Source: Flavobacteriales bacterium (GTDB taxonomy: Bacteria > Bacteroidota > Bacteroidia > Flavobacteriales > BACL11). From it: DNA of 64,000 nucleotides. The DNA lies in contig OZ238992.1 in NCBI GenBank assembly GCA_965183885.1, positions 2,049,548 to 2,113,547 on the forward strand, read 5' to 3'. Positions 1-10,020 of the stretch are shown here, in pieces. Position 1 is the first letter of the stretch. The number at the start of each line of letters is the position of its first letter. The translations under genes and the position numbers were made by a program. Below the pieces are notes generated by a model. The model worked only from the letters and a program-made list of their open reading frames with translations. It was not told the DNA's origin and searched no databases.

Positions 1-2
1 CA

Positions 3-1328
3 GATGCTACAGCTGTAGATTTTGCAACTTATTATACTGGTGACCATGTAGATGGTGGTACCAGTAGGTTTGACCCTTCTGGAACTGTTTATCAGGCCGT
101 ATGTTCTGGTGGAGGTTTTGCAACTACTGCAAATGCATATAGCCCTACACAATCAGTAGGATGGGATATTGCAGTTTTTAAAATCGATTTTGAATTAATT
201 AATTTCGCAAGTATTTCTGCTAGCCCCTCTGACACAGGTTGTGCTCCTTTTTCTATTAACTTTACAAATAATAGCTCTGCAAATAACTATTTCTGGGATT
301 TTGATGATAATGGACAAACTTCAAACTTAAGTACTCCTACTTATACTTTTAATACTCCTGGAAATTATACAGTTAAATTCATAGCTACTGATACTTCTAG
401 TTGTAGTATGGTTGATACTGTACTTTTAGATATTGTTGTTTTACCAGCAGTTTCAACATCAATTTCTGATACCGTTGTTTGTGATACTTATACTTGGAAT
501 GGAACAACTTATACTACTAGTGGAATATATAATGAATCCTTTGCAACTAGTTTAGCTTGTGACTCAATAGCTAGCCTAGATTTGACTGTTAATTATAGTA
601 ATTCAGGAACTGATATAGTTAGCAATTGCAAAAGCTATACATGGCCCTCAAATAATATTACTTATATAGCATCAGGTAACTATACAACAATGCTAAGTAA
701 TATTCATGGTTGTGATAGTATTGCAAACTTAGACTTAACAATTATAAATCCAGTTTTTGTATCAGAGCAGGTAATTATTTGTGATGAATATCAGTGGTAC
801 GTAAATTCAGATACTTATACAACAAGTGGTATTTATACTGATACTTTAAAAGATATTAATGATTGTGATACAATTGTTAGCCTTTACTTAACTATACTAC
901 CTCCTCCTCACTACTATGATAGTGCTAGTTCATGTTATAAATATACTTGGGAGTTAAATGGAGAATCATATTCTTCCTCTGGAGACTTTACAGACACCGT
1001 GACCCACACTAATGGATGTGATAGTATCGTTCATCTAGTATTAGATATTAAGGATATTACCTTTTTTTTACCTAATGCTTTTACTCCAAATAAAGATAAT
1101 CATAATGAAATTTTTAAATTAATTACCGATGAGGATATTAAAGACTTTGAGTTACAAGTTTTTAATAGATGGGGAAAAGAGATTTTCTATACCAATAATT
1201 ACAATAAAGGTTGGGACGGAACAGATCAAGGTGAATTTATACAATTAGGAGTCTATATGTGGAAAGTACGTTATTCCTGCAAAGGAAAAATACAAGAGCG
1301 TATAGGAACCGTAACACTTATACATTAA
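3..1328 (+). CDS. 5'-truncated PKD-domain, Cys-repeat protein with T9SS type B (gliding motility-associated, CHU_C-like) C-terminal domain
   Basis: The frame is open from position 3 (DATAVDFATYYTGDHVDGGTSRFD...GCAPFSINFTNNS...YFWDFDD...TPTYTFNTPGNYTV = PKD), so the ORF-track start at 408 is internal. The C-terminus FFLPNAFTPNKDNHNE...FNRWG...WDG...GTVTLIH is a type B CTD. Confidence 0.85.
   Translation, partial: DATAVDFATYYTGDHVDGGTSRFDPSGTVYQAVCSGGGFATTANAYSPTQSVGWDIAVFKIDFELINFASISASPSDTGCAPFSINFTNNSSANNYFWDFDDNGQTSNLSTPTYTFNTPGNYTVKFIATDTSSCSMVDTVLLDIVVLPAVSTSISDTVVCDTYTWNGTTYTTSGIYNESFATSLACDSIASLDLTVNYSNSGTDIVSNCKSYTWPSNNITYIASGNYTTMLSNIHGCDSIANLDLTIINPVFVSEQVIICDEYQWYVNSDTYTTSGIYTDTLKDINDCDTIVSLYLTILPPPHYYDSASSCYKYTWELNGESYSSSGDFTDTVTHTNGCDSIVHLVLDIKDITFFLPNAFTPNKDNHNEIFKLITDEDIKDFELQVFNRWGKEIFYTNNYNKGWDGTDQGEFIQLGVYMWKVRYSCKGKIQERIGTVTLIH
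450..1052 (+). repeat. Four tandem ~50-aa intragenic repeats, consensus C-x-x-Y-x-W...Y..SG.Y......(G)CD(S/T)I..L.L.I
   Basis: CDTYTW..CDSIASLDLTV; CKSYTW..GCDSIANLDLTI; CDEYQW..DCDTIVSLYLTI; CYKYTW..GCDSIVHLVLDI. Confidence 0.85.
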
Positions 1329-1346
1329 TAGAATATTTATTTAAAC

Positions 1347-1570
1347 ATGAAAAAACTACTTATTTTATTTAATTCCCTTTCTTAGTTTTGGATAAATTAG
1401 AAGTTACTATCTACAACTATACAGGATATGATTTAGATTCTTTGCAACTTGAAGACGTTTATTATAGGTAAATTAATGCAATTATTCCTGGGCATACAAA
1501 TAAGCTACCTCTAATTAGATATGGAATGAAGAATTTTAGAAAAATAAAAAATACTTTTTCATTAAATGGA
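1347..1570 (+). pseudogene. Probable decayed small exported-protein gene
   Basis: ATG at 1347 reads MKKLLILF; a shifted frame gives LIPFLSFG (signal-peptide-like) and another gives LDKLEVTIYNYTGYDLDSLQLEDVYY; there are multiple stops and frameshifts. The 3' end is approximate. Confidence 0.35.
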
Positions 1571-1588
1571 ATAAGCATAACTAAGGGT

Positions 1589-3208
1589 CTACCTCAAAAT
1601 AACAAAAGAAGTTCTTCTATTTATAGCTCTACTATTTTTATCTTCATTAGTTACTAAAGACTGACTCTCCCCATACCCTTTGTAAGTAAGGGTATTAGGA
1701 ACCTTATTTTGCAAATAATCAAATACAGCTTTAGCTCTTTGTTCTGATAATATCTGATTGTCTATTTCATTACCAATATCATCAGTATGTCCTTGTATTT
1801 CAAGCTGTAAATTAGGGTTCTTTTTAAGGTATGTAATTAGTTTATCTAACTCAATAAATGAAATTGCTTCTAGTTTGGAAGAGTTACTAGCAAAACTTAC
1901 ATTTTTTAAGATTACCTCCTCTCCTGCTTTTTGAGTAATAATATCTATTTCTAATGCTGCTAAAGGCTCTGCTTGTAAATTTTCAGGCAATTCAAACTGA
2001 AAAATATCCTCCTTACCAAAACCACTTACATTAGAAGCATAGTATGCTGTTTTTCCATTACTAGCTACAATTAATGAATTTTCAGTATTGTGTGTGTTTA
2101 TTGGATAACCCATATTTTCAGCAACAGCCCACTCTTGTTCACTGGTAATTCTTCTGCTTACAAATAAATCATAATCTCCCATTCCAACATGTCCGTTTGA
2201 TGAAAAATAAAATGTCAAATTATCAGGATGAATAAAAGGAGACATCTCATCATATTTAGTATTAATATTAGTCCCTAAATTTTCAGCAGGCAAAAAACCT
2301 TTTTTTGTAATTTCCGAACGCCAAATATCTTTCCCTCCATAACCTCCTGGTCTATTGCTAATAAAATAAAGATACCTACCATCAGGAGAAAAACAACCTT
2401 GAGACTCCCAGTACTTAGTATTAATATTTTTCCCTGCATTAAAGCTCTTATTATTCACATATAAATACAAGTCACACCTCCCCTTTCCATCATTACGATT
2501 ACATGCTGTATATACTATTACTTCTTTATCTGCTGAGAAAGAAAAAGCTCCTTCATTATAAGGGGTATTAATTCCGTTTTTAAAAGGAATAGCTAATTCC
2601 CAATTACCCATTTCATCTTTAGTTGCACTATAAAAATCTTCTTGGGCTACTTTATCTTTTTTAGCAACTCTTCTGGTAATTACTAGAGTATTTCCATCAA
2701 CTGACAATGCTGGAAGGTACTCCTCCATTGCTGTATTAATAGTAGCACCTAAATTCTCAGGATTAAAAGCTTGAGGAACTTTAATAGCCTCTAGTGCAAA
2801 ACTACAATTCTGAATAAAAAGAGGCGTTTTAGCGCCAAGTACTGAAGAGTTTAATGTATTTGCTTTCTCAAAATAATATAATGCATTTTTATAGTAAGCA
2901 TTAGTGTAGTATAGTTTTGCTACTTGTTCAAGTCCAAGTACATCTTTAGGATCATTTTCATCATAAACCTCTAATAACTCTTCAGCAGCAGCCTCAATTG
3001 CTCCTTCATCAGTATAGATTGAAGCCATTAATAAATGAGGCTGTCTCCAATCAGGATAATTTATAATCAGTTTTTCTGTAATTTTTTTTGCTTTTTCAAC
3101 TTTACCGTCATTAAAATAAGCAACAGCCTTATCATATTTTTTATAATCCTTTTGCTGTGCAAATACTAGTGCAGGAAATAATATTAATATGAAAAGTAAG
3201 TTTTTCAA
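1589..3208 (-). CDS. OmpA-family peptidoglycan-binding protein with TPR and PD40 beta-propeller domains (PorE-like architecture, middle domain missing)
   Basis: Signal peptide; TPR helices; PD40 repeats (ESQGCFSPDGRYLYFISNRPGGYGGKDIW, EMSPFIHPDN..YFSSNGH.GMGDYDL); OmpA C-terminus IQGHTDDIG..NQILSEQRAKAV...GYGE...NRR. Confidence 0.85.
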   Translation of the reverse strand: MKNLLFILILFPALVFAQQKDYKKYDKAVAYFNDGKVEKAKKITEKLIINYPDWRQPHLLMASIYTDEGAIEAAAEELLEVYDENDPKDVLGLEQVAKLYYTNAYYKNALYYFEKANTLNSSVLGAKTPLFIQNCSFALEAIKVPQAFNPENLGATINTAMEEYLPALSVDGNTLVITRRVAKKDKVAQEDFYSATKDEMGNWELAIPFKNGINTPYNEGAFSFSADKEVIVYTACNRNDGKGRCDLYLYVNNKSFNAGKNINTKYWESQGCFSPDGRYLYFISNRPGGYGGKDIWRSEITKKGFLPAENLGTNINTKYDEMSPFIHPDNLTFYFSSNGHVGMGDYDLFVSRRITSEQEWAVAENMGYPINTHNTENSLIVASNGKTAYYASNVSGFGKEDIFQFELPENLQAEPLAALEIDIITQKAGEEVILKNVSFASNSSKLEAISFIELDKLITYLKKNPNLQLEIQGHTDDIGNEIDNQILSEQRAKAVFDYLQNKVPNTLTYKGYGESQSLVTNEDKNSRAINRRTSFVILR

Positions 3209-3209
3209 T

Positions 3210-3842
3210 TTAAGGAATATTCATGTATTTATGACTTTGTAAAGAGATTGTCCAAGCTTTTTCTTCTTTAATAAAGTCAATAATCATAGGAATTACTTTT
3301 TCTCTTTTACTCCATTCTGACTGCAAATACAATTTACAATCATCACTTAATCCTTTTCTTTGCTCCATAGCCCAAGTAAAATCATGCTTATTATTCACAA
3401 TTACTTTTAACTCGTTAGCAATAGGTTTTATTGCATCTAATGGAGCTTGCATCTTTTTAGGAGATAAACATACCCAATCAAAATTACCGCTATAAGGGTA
3501 AGCTCCTGAAGTTTCTAAATGCACCTTAAGTCCTTTGTTTTTAAGAGCTAAAGTTAATCTATCTAAATTCCACATCAAAGGCTCTCCACCCGTTATCACA
3601 ACAGTTTCTACAGGGTACTCTTCAATCCCTTTTAAGATAGCTGCAATACTCGTAGGGGGATGTAAATCAGCATTCCAACTTTCCTTTACATCACACCAAT
3701 GGCAGCCTACATCACAACCACCTATTCGTAAAAAATAAGCAGCTGTACCTGAGTAATATCCTTCACCTTGCACAGTATAGAAAGCTTCCATTAAAGGCAG
3801 CATTTCGCCACTATCCACTGCTAATTTTGTTTGTTTATCCAT
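3210..3842 (-). CDS. queE: 7-carboxy-7-deazaguanine synthase (radical SAM, queuosine pathway)
   Basis: EAFYTVQGEG, GCDVGCHWCD (CxxxCxxC), VVITGGEP, HLETSG, LQSHKY. Confidence 0.93.
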   Translation of the reverse strand: MDKQTKLAVDSGEMLPLMEAFYTVQGEGYYSGTAAYFLRIGGCDVGCHWCDVKESWNADLHPPTSIAAILKGIEEYPVETVVITGGEPLMWNLDRLTLALKNKGLKVHLETSGAYPYSGNFDWVCLSPKKMQAPLDAIKPIANELKVIVNNKHDFTWAMEQRKGLSDDCKLYLQSEWSKREKVIPMIIDFIKEEKAWTISLQSHKYMNIP

Positions 3843-3929
3843 ATTGGCAAAAATAAGATAGTTTTTGGTTTTTACTTTGTACTTAGAAGCAATTTATTTC
3901 TTTAAGTTTGCAACACTAAAACATAAAAA

Positions 3930-5624
3930 ATGAGCAAACAGATAATTGAATGTGTACCTAACATCTCAGAAGGGAGAGATGCTGAGAAGATAAAAATAAT
4001 TTCTCAAATAGTTGAAGAGATTGATGGCGTAAAGCTCCTAAATGTAGATCCAGGAAAAGCAACCAACCGTACGGTAATTACTTTTGTTGGAGAACCACAA
4101 CCTGTAATTGATGCTGCTTTTTTACTAATAAAGAAAGCACAAGAACTTATTGATATGAGTAAGCACTCAGGAGAACACCCAAGAATGGGAGCTACTGATG
4201 TTTGTCCACTAGTACCAATTGCAAATATTAGTATGGAAGAAACTGCTGATTGGGCACATAAACTAGGAGAAAGAGTAGGTGCTGAACTAGGGATTCCTGT
4301 TTATCATTATGAAGCAGCAGCAAAAGAAGAAAAGCGTAAAAACTTAGCCAATTGCCGACAAGGAGAATATGAAGGCTTGGCAAAGAAATTAGTAGATGCT
4401 GATTGGAAACCAGATTTTGGTCCTGCTGAATTTAACCAATCAGTAGAAAAATCAGGTGCAACTGCTATCTCAGCTCGTGATTTTTTAGTAGCCTATAACA
4501 TCAACTTAAATACTACATCAACCAGAAGAGCAAATGCTGTAGCCTTTGATATTCGTGAAGCAGGAAGAATAAAAAGAGAAGGTGGAACACTCTCTGGAAA
4601 AATAATAAAAGATGAAAATGGAAACCCTTTAAAAACTCCAGGGCTTTTTAAAGCTGTAAAAGGAATTGGATGGTTTATTGAAGAATATGGTGTAGCACAA
4701 ATTTCTTACAACCTTACAAATATCAACATCTCCCCTTTACATGAAGTATTTGATAAAACTTGTGAACGCTCTATAGCAAGAGGAATGCGTGTTACAGGAT
4801 CGGAGCTTGTAGGTTTAGTTCCTAAAAAAGTATTGATTGATGCAGGGAAACATTTCCTTAAAAAACAAGAACGATCAACAGGAATACACGAAAGTGAAAT
4901 TATAAAGATTGCAATTAAAACTTTAGGATTGGATGAACTAGCTCCTTTTGATCCTCAAGAAAGAATAATTGAGTATATGCTAGAAGCTGATGCTAAAAAA
5001 CCTCTAGTAAATATGACGCTTACTGATTTTGCAAACGAAACAGCAAGTGAAAGCCCTGCCCCTGGTGGTGGTTCTATCTCGGCTTATTGTGGTGCTATGG
5101 GTGTTGCTTTAGGAACTATGGTTGCCAATCTTTCAGCTCACAAAAGAGGTTGGGATGATAGATGGCAAGAATTCTCTAATTGGGCAGAAAAAGGAATTGC
5201 TTACCAAAATACTTTATTGGATTTAGTAGATGAAGATACTAATGCCTTTAATAAAATTATGGATGCTTTCCGACTACCCAAAGATAGTGAAGCAGACAAA
5301 GCAAAAAGACAAGAAGCAATACAAGAAGCAACAAAATATGCTATCCTCACTCCTTTTAAGGTAATGGAAACAGCTTATAACTCTATGGAGGTAATGAAGG
5401 CTATGGCTGAGTTTGGAAACCCTAACTCGGTAACTGATGCTGGAGTAGGTGCATTATGTGCGCGTACTGCTGTAATTGGTGCTTTCCTTAATGTAAAAAT
5501 TAACTGTGGCGATTGTGATGATAAAGCTTTTGTTGCAGATATCTTAAATAAAGGACAAAAATTAGTTGATGCTGCTTGTGCTTTGGAAGATGAAATTATG
5601 AAAATTACTAACTCTAAAATATAA
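3930..5624 (+). CDS. ftcD: Glutamate formimidoyltransferase / formiminotetrahydrofolate cyclodeaminase fusion
   Basis: [37 protein letters not shown]; C-terminal cyclodeaminase [20 protein letters not shown]. Confidence 0.93.
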   Translation: MSKQIIECVPNISEGRDAEKIKIISQIVEEIDGVKLLNVDPGKATNRTVITFVGEPQPVIDAAFLLIKKAQELIDMSKHSGEHPRMGATDVCPLVPIANISMEETADWAHKLGERVGAELGIPVYHYEAAAKEEKRKNLANCRQGEYEGLAKKLVDADWKPDFGPAEFNQSVEKSGATAISARDFLVAYNINLNTTSTRRANAVAFDIREAGRIKREGGTLSGKIIKDENGNPLKTPGLFKAVKGIGWFIEEYGVAQISYNLTNINISPLHEVFDKTCERSIARGMRVTGSELVGLVPKKVLIDAGKHFLKKQERSTGIHESEIIKIAIKTLGLDELAPFDPQERIIEYMLEADAKKPLVNMTLTDFANETASESPAPGGGSISAYCGAMGVALGTMVANLSAHKRGWDDRWQEFSNWAEKGIAYQNTLLDLVDEDTNAFNKIMDAFRLPKDSEADKAKRQEAIQEATKYAILTPFKVMETAYNSMEVMKAMAEFGNPNSVTDAGVGALCARTAVIGAFLNVKINCGDCDDKAFVADILNKGQKLVDAACALEDEIMKITNSKI

Positions 5625-5626
5625 CT

Positions 5627-5968
5627 ATGTCAGAAGAAATGAAAGCTTGTCCAGTTTGTGAATCTCCTTATGGATATGCAACAGGAGATGATTCTTATAC
5701 TTGTCCTGAGTGTGCTAATGAATGGAGTCCTAAAGAATTAGAATTGGAAGGAGGACTAAAGGTATTGGATAGTAATGGAACTCGCTTGCAAACTGGTGAT
5801 AGTGTTATAGTTATCAAAAACCTACCTGTTAAAGGAGCTCCTAAGCCTGTAAAATCAGGAACTAAAGTAAAAAATATCCGCTTAACAGAAGGTGATCATA
5901 ACATCAACTGCAAAATTGATGGTTTTGGAAATATGCAGCTAAAATCAGAATTTGTACGAAAAGCTTAA
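5627..5968 (+). CDS. phnA: PhnA/YjdM zinc-ribbon family protein
   Basis: CPVCES...[10 protein letters not shown] zinc ribbon plus [20 protein letters not shown]...GTKVKNIRL...[10 protein letters not shown]. Confidence 0.85.
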   Translation: MSEEMKACPVCESPYGYATGDDSYTCPECANEWSPKELELEGGLKVLDSNGTRLQTGDSVIVIKNLPVKGAPKPVKSGTKVKNIRLTEGDHNINCKIDGFGNMQLKSEFVRKA

Positions 5969-6054
5969 TTAATAGAGAAATCACTTTTTGATACAAGTCA
6001 AAAAGTAATCACTACTAAGCTTTTAAATTTGCAATACCTAACAAAAATTAAAAA

Positions 6055-6306
6055 ATGGAATTGCAAAAAGTAACTTGGAAAGATTGGGCTAAATTTATTT
6101 CAGTAATGATAGTCTTTATTATTGGAATGATAATTATGCTTATTTATAAGATAGAGAATTATTGGATCTGGACAGGCTATATTATTTTATGGACCTGGTT
6201 AGAAATGAAAATAGCTAAAAATATTCATCTTAAATGGTGGGTTTGGGTATTAATACTTTTAGGTTTATCCTTATTGGACCTATTAATTATTAGTTTGATT
6301 AACTAA
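6055..6306 (+). CDS. Small hypothetical membrane protein
   Basis: 83 aa with three hydrophobic Trp-rich segments; TAAATTTG promoter-like element upstream. Confidence 0.6.
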   Translation: MELQKVTWKDWAKFISVMIVFIIGMIIMLIYKIENYWIWTGYIILWTWLEMKIAKNIHLKWWVWVLILLGLSLLDLLIISLIN

Positions 6307-6476
6307 AAACTTAAGAGAATTAGATAGCTACTCCTCCTTTTCTAAAAACTCATTTTTCATTTCTTTTTATTCTAAATATAAAATCTATATTTGTCATAGT
6401 ATTAACGCTAAGATTAGCTTAAACAACAATACAGAGCTACTTGTTGCAAGTAACTACCCTTTAACAAATATAAACT

Positions 6477-6845
6477 ATGAATGATACAAGCCATCATGAC
6501 GAGCGTATTTCAAAAATGATATTCGCTTCAATATATCCTCTTTATCTCAATAGAATTAAGAAAAAAGGAAGAACAGAAGAAGAATTAAATAAAGTTATTG
6601 AATGGTTAACTGGATTTAATGAAGAAAAACTAACAGAGCTTATAAAAGAAGAGGTAACTTTTGAGTCATTCTTTAAAAATTCGGCATTAAACCCAAATGC
6701 TCAATTAATTAAAGGTGTAATCTGTGGCTATAGAATTGAAAAAATTCAAAATCCATTAACACAACAGGTAAGGTATTTGGACAAGCTAGTAGATGAATTA
6801 GCAAAAGGTCGTAAAATGGAAAAGATCTTAAGAACAGTTAAATAA
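6477..6845 (+). CDS. DUF2200 family protein
   Basis: MIFASIYPLY..KGRTEEEL..VIEWLTG...ITGV-like IKGVICGYRIEKI...RYLDKLVDELAKG. Confidence 0.85.
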   Translation: MNDTSHHDERISKMIFASIYPLYLNRIKKKGRTEEELNKVIEWLTGFNEEKLTELIKEEVTFESFFKNSALNPNAQLIKGVICGYRIEKIQNPLTQQVRYLDKLVDELAKGRKMEKILRTVK

Positions 6846-6904
6846 TAGCTCTTAAAATACTAAAAGATTAAATTGAGAGAAAAGAATATTAATCAATAAT
6901 AAAA

Positions 6905-7831
6905 ATGGAAGAGCGAAAAGAGAAAGTGCCAGAAAAAAGTAAGATTAAAAAAAACCTTCACCCTAGAAATAAAAATAGGAAACAATATGATTTAAAGGAA
7001 CTTTTAAAAGTAGTTCCTGAATTAAAGAAACATATAAAACCCAATAAATATGGAGAGGATACTATTCAATTTTCTAACCCTGAAGCAGTAAAACTACTGA
7101 ACAAAGCAATACTAAGTAGTTATTATGAAATAAAAAACTGGGACTTTCCTGACACCAATCTATGCCCTCCTATCCCTGGTAGAGCTGACTACATACATTA
7201 TATTGCTGATTTATTAGGTAATAAGAAAAACATAACTTGCCTTGATATTGGTGTTGGTGCCAACTGTATCTACCCTATCCTAGGGATTAGCGAGTACAAT
7301 TGGAGCTTTATTGCTACTGATGTAAATACTGATGCTATTTCCTCTGCAAAAAAAATTATAGAATCAAACCCTAGCCTTAAAGGAAAAATAGAGTTTCGAT
7401 TACAAAAAGATGAAAATAACATCTTTAAAAACATTATCAAACCTACAGATAAGATTGATGTAAGTATTTGTAATCCCCCTTTCCATGCATCAAAAAAAGA
7501 TGCCCTTAAAGGAAGTATGCGTAAAGTAAGAAACCTTACAGGAAAACGATCAGAGAAGATAAAACTCAACTTTTCAGGAATGGCTAATGAACTTGTTTAT
7601 GAAGGTGGAGAAAAACAGTTTATACAAAACATGATAATTGAAAGTGTTAACTATGCTAAAAACTGTCTATGGTTCACTTCTCTAGTTTCTAATGAAAGAA
7701 ACCTAAATAGATTCTATAGCTCATTAGAAAAATATGGAGCAACTGATGTAAAAACAATCCACATGGGTACAGGGAATAAAATCAGCAGAATAGTAGCTTG
7801 GACTTTTCAAAATAAGCAAGAACACAAATAG
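6905..7831 (+). CDS. rlmF: 23S rRNA m6A1618 methyltransferase
   Basis: LHPRNK, LCPPIPGRADYIHY, LDIGVGANCIYPILG, CNPPFH, EGGE, GNKISRIVAWTF. Confidence 0.95.
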   Translation: MEERKEKVPEKSKIKKNLHPRNKNRKQYDLKELLKVVPELKKHIKPNKYGEDTIQFSNPEAVKLLNKAILSSYYEIKNWDFPDTNLCPPIPGRADYIHYIADLLGNKKNITCLDIGVGANCIYPILGISEYNWSFIATDVNTDAISSAKKIIESNPSLKGKIEFRLQKDENNIFKNIIKPTDKIDVSICNPPFHASKKDALKGSMRKVRNLTGKRSEKIKLNFSGMANELVYEGGEKQFIQNMIIESVNYAKNCLWFTSLVSNERNLNRFYSSLEKYGATDVKTIHMGTGNKISRIVAWTFQNKQEHK

Positions 7832-7873
7832 TAGTAACAGCTAATAAAACTATATTTACGCAAAAATTAAAAA

Positions 7874-8239
7874 ATGAATACTAAAAAAAACAAAATAATC
7901 TACTGGATATCAACTGGACTATTAACCATTTTAATGTTAGTCTCAGCAAGTATGTATATTTTCAATAATGAAATGGCAAGCGAAAGCTTTATAAAATTAG
8001 GGTTTCCTACCTATATTATTTACCCATTAGCAATTGCAAAAATTTTAGGGGTAATTGCTATTCTAACAAAAAAATCACAGACCTTAAAAGAATGGGCATA
8101 TGCTGGATTCTTCTTTAACTTTATACTTGGTGCATCTGCTCACTTATATATAAATGATGGAGAATTTATCCCAGTAGTAGTAGCAATTCTATTTTTAATG
8201 ACGTCTTATAAATTTGATAAAAAGGTTTTCAATAACTAA
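7874..8239 (+). CDS. DoxX family membrane protein
   Basis: IIYWISTGLL...LGFPTY...AKILG...LKEWAYAGFFF...AH. Confidence 0.85.
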   Translation: MNTKKNKIIYWISTGLLTILMLVSASMYIFNNEMASESFIKLGFPTYIIYPLAIAKILGVIAILTKKSQTLKEWAYAGFFFNFILGASAHLYINDGEFIPVVVAILFLMTSYKFDKKVFNN

Positions 8240-8258
8240 TAGTTTCCTTAAAATAATA

Positions 8259-9017
8259 ATGAAAATTAAAGAATATATAGAGCGAATAAAATACAAAGGA
8301 GAATTAGCCGCTGACCTTAATATTCTTAAGAAATTACAAGAAGTTCATCTTTTAACTATTCCTTTTGAAAACCTAGATATTCATTATGGGAAGCCTATTG
8401 ATTTAGACGTCGATGAATTTTATAAAAAAATAGTTCAGAATAATAGAGGTGGTTTTTGTTATGAGTTAAATGGCTTATTTTATGCTTTATTAAAAGCTAT
8501 TGGATATAATGTAAAAATGATTTCTGCACGAGTTTATAATAGTACTAAAAAAGAATTTGGACTAGAGTATGATCATTTAGCAATAGTAGCTGAATTAAAT
8601 AAAGTAGAATATCTAGTTGATGTAGGCTTTGGAGAATTTGCTTTTAACCCTCTAAAAATTGAACTTAATACCATTCAATCAGATTCTAGAGGTAATTTTA
8701 TAATTGAAGAATATAATAATAAATATTATATAGTTTCAAAAATTAAAGATGAAGTAAAGACTCCTGAATATATCTTTAAAAATGAAGCTAGAGAATTAAG
8801 TGACTTCAAAGAGATGTCTTTGCACAACCAAACAAGCCCTAACTCCCATTTTACAAAAAAGAAGCTTATTAGCAAACCAACTAATAATGGAAGAATTACA
8901 ATTACAGGAAATACTTTAAAAATAACTGAAGCAGGAAAGACTATTACAGAGAAGGCCTTCAAAGAAAATGAATTTAACGATTATCTGAAGAAATGGTTTA
9001 ACATGCATATAAACTAA
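8259..9017 (+). CDS. Arylamine N-acetyltransferase family protein
   Basis: IPFENLDI, RGGFCYELNGLF (catalytic Cys), DHLAI (His), YLVDVGFG (Asp); ATG at 8259 preferred over 8214. Confidence 0.9.
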   Translation: MKIKEYIERIKYKGELAADLNILKKLQEVHLLTIPFENLDIHYGKPIDLDVDEFYKKIVQNNRGGFCYELNGLFYALLKAIGYNVKMISARVYNSTKKEFGLEYDHLAIVAELNKVEYLVDVGFGEFAFNPLKIELNTIQSDSRGNFIIEEYNNKYYIVSKIKDEVKTPEYIFKNEARELSDFKEMSLHNQTSPNSHFTKKKLISKPTNNGRITITGNTLKITEAGKTITEKAFKENEFNDYLKKWFNMHIN

Positions 9018-9029
9018 ATAATAAAAATT

Positions 9030-9491
9030 ATGCAAAATCAATTTAATACCTTTTTTACTACTACCCTATCTAACGCTTTAAAAGACTTAAACGAGGCTAA
9101 TAAACCCCAATGGGGAAGTATGACGGCTAAACAAATGCTTATTCATTTAACACAAGGTAGTAAAATGATGCATTTAGAAGGAATTAAATTAGTAGTAAAA
9201 GAAAAACATATAGAAAAAGCTATTGCATTTTTATATTCTGAAAAACCTATAAATAAAGGAATAGAAATACCAAAAGACATAGGCTATGATTTTAATGATG
9301 GAATTACAAAAGATATTGAAGTTTTAAAAACAGAACTAATTAATGCCACAAACATTATGTATGCTTTCTTTATTAATAACCCTGATTTTAAGGCTATACA
9401 CCCTTATTTTGGGAACTTAAGTGCTGAGCAATGGCTTTTATTCCAAAAGAAACATTTTACACATCATTTAAGCCAATTTAGATTATTATAA
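9030..9491 (+). CDS. DUF1569 / DinB-like protein
   Basis: PQWGSMTAKQMLIHL...HPYFGNLSAEQW...KHFTHHLSQF. Confidence 0.8.
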   Translation: MQNQFNTFFTTTLSNALKDLNEANKPQWGSMTAKQMLIHLTQGSKMMHLEGIKLVVKEKHIEKAIAFLYSEKPINKGIEIPKDIGYDFNDGITKDIEVLKTELINATNIMYAFFINNPDFKAIHPYFGNLSAEQWLLFQKKHFTHHLSQFRLL

Positions 9492-9522
9492 ATAAATATC
9501 TTCAAATTAAATTCTTAACCAT

Positions 9523-9554
9523 AAAAAAGCCTCATTAAATAATGAGGCTTTTTT
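9523..9554. terminator. Bidirectional intrinsic terminator
   Basis: AAAAAAGCCTCATT-AAAT-AATGAGGCTTTTTT. Confidence 0.85.
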
Positions 9555-9988
9555 ATAGTGTAGAGTTTCTTTAATTATTAAAAAATTTCCTTGCTTAGTC
9601 TAAATTAGGGGATTAAATATTAAAAAAAACTATTATTTTTTATAATTCAACCAAATTTTAATCTTTAAAATCGAGGCTAATATATAAAATTATTTAGCAT
9701 AAACACAAGTAAATCAAGCTCTTTTAATCTTATTTAAATATTAACTTATTAAAAAAACACCTGAAACAAGACATATTTTCCTTTGTTTAAACATATAAAA
9801 TTATAAATTTAGAATATTTCTATTTACTAGTAGTAAATTTTACTATTCTTAATGTATTAAAAAGATAATTATTTGTCTAAACATATAAATTTATTTTAAG
9901 GTGATTTTTAAAGGGTTATCGTGTTAAAAAGATAATAAAAAAGTTAATATCTTTATTTAAAGGTTTTCATATTTTAAAAATATAAAAC

Positions 9989-10019
9989 AAAAAAACCCAA
10001 ACATTGCTGTTTGGGTTTT
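9989..10019 (-). terminator. Intrinsic terminator downstream of tRNA-Ser
   Basis: AAAACCCAAACA-TTGC-TGTTTGGGTTTT hairpin followed by a T-tract on the minus strand. Confidence 0.85.
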
Positions 10020-10020
10020 G

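Noticed and set aside
6055-9491. Run of small co-oriented accessory-looking genes ending near tRNA-Ser, as a possible integron array or genomic island
   Set aside because: No attC-like repeats in the spacers, no integrase, no duplicated tRNA 3' end found, and rlmF is a housekeeping gene.
9692-9720. TTTAGCATAA resembling one arm of a dif site, with xerD 3.6 kb away
   Set aside because: The second arm (TTATGTTAAA-like) is absent at the required 6-bp spacing.
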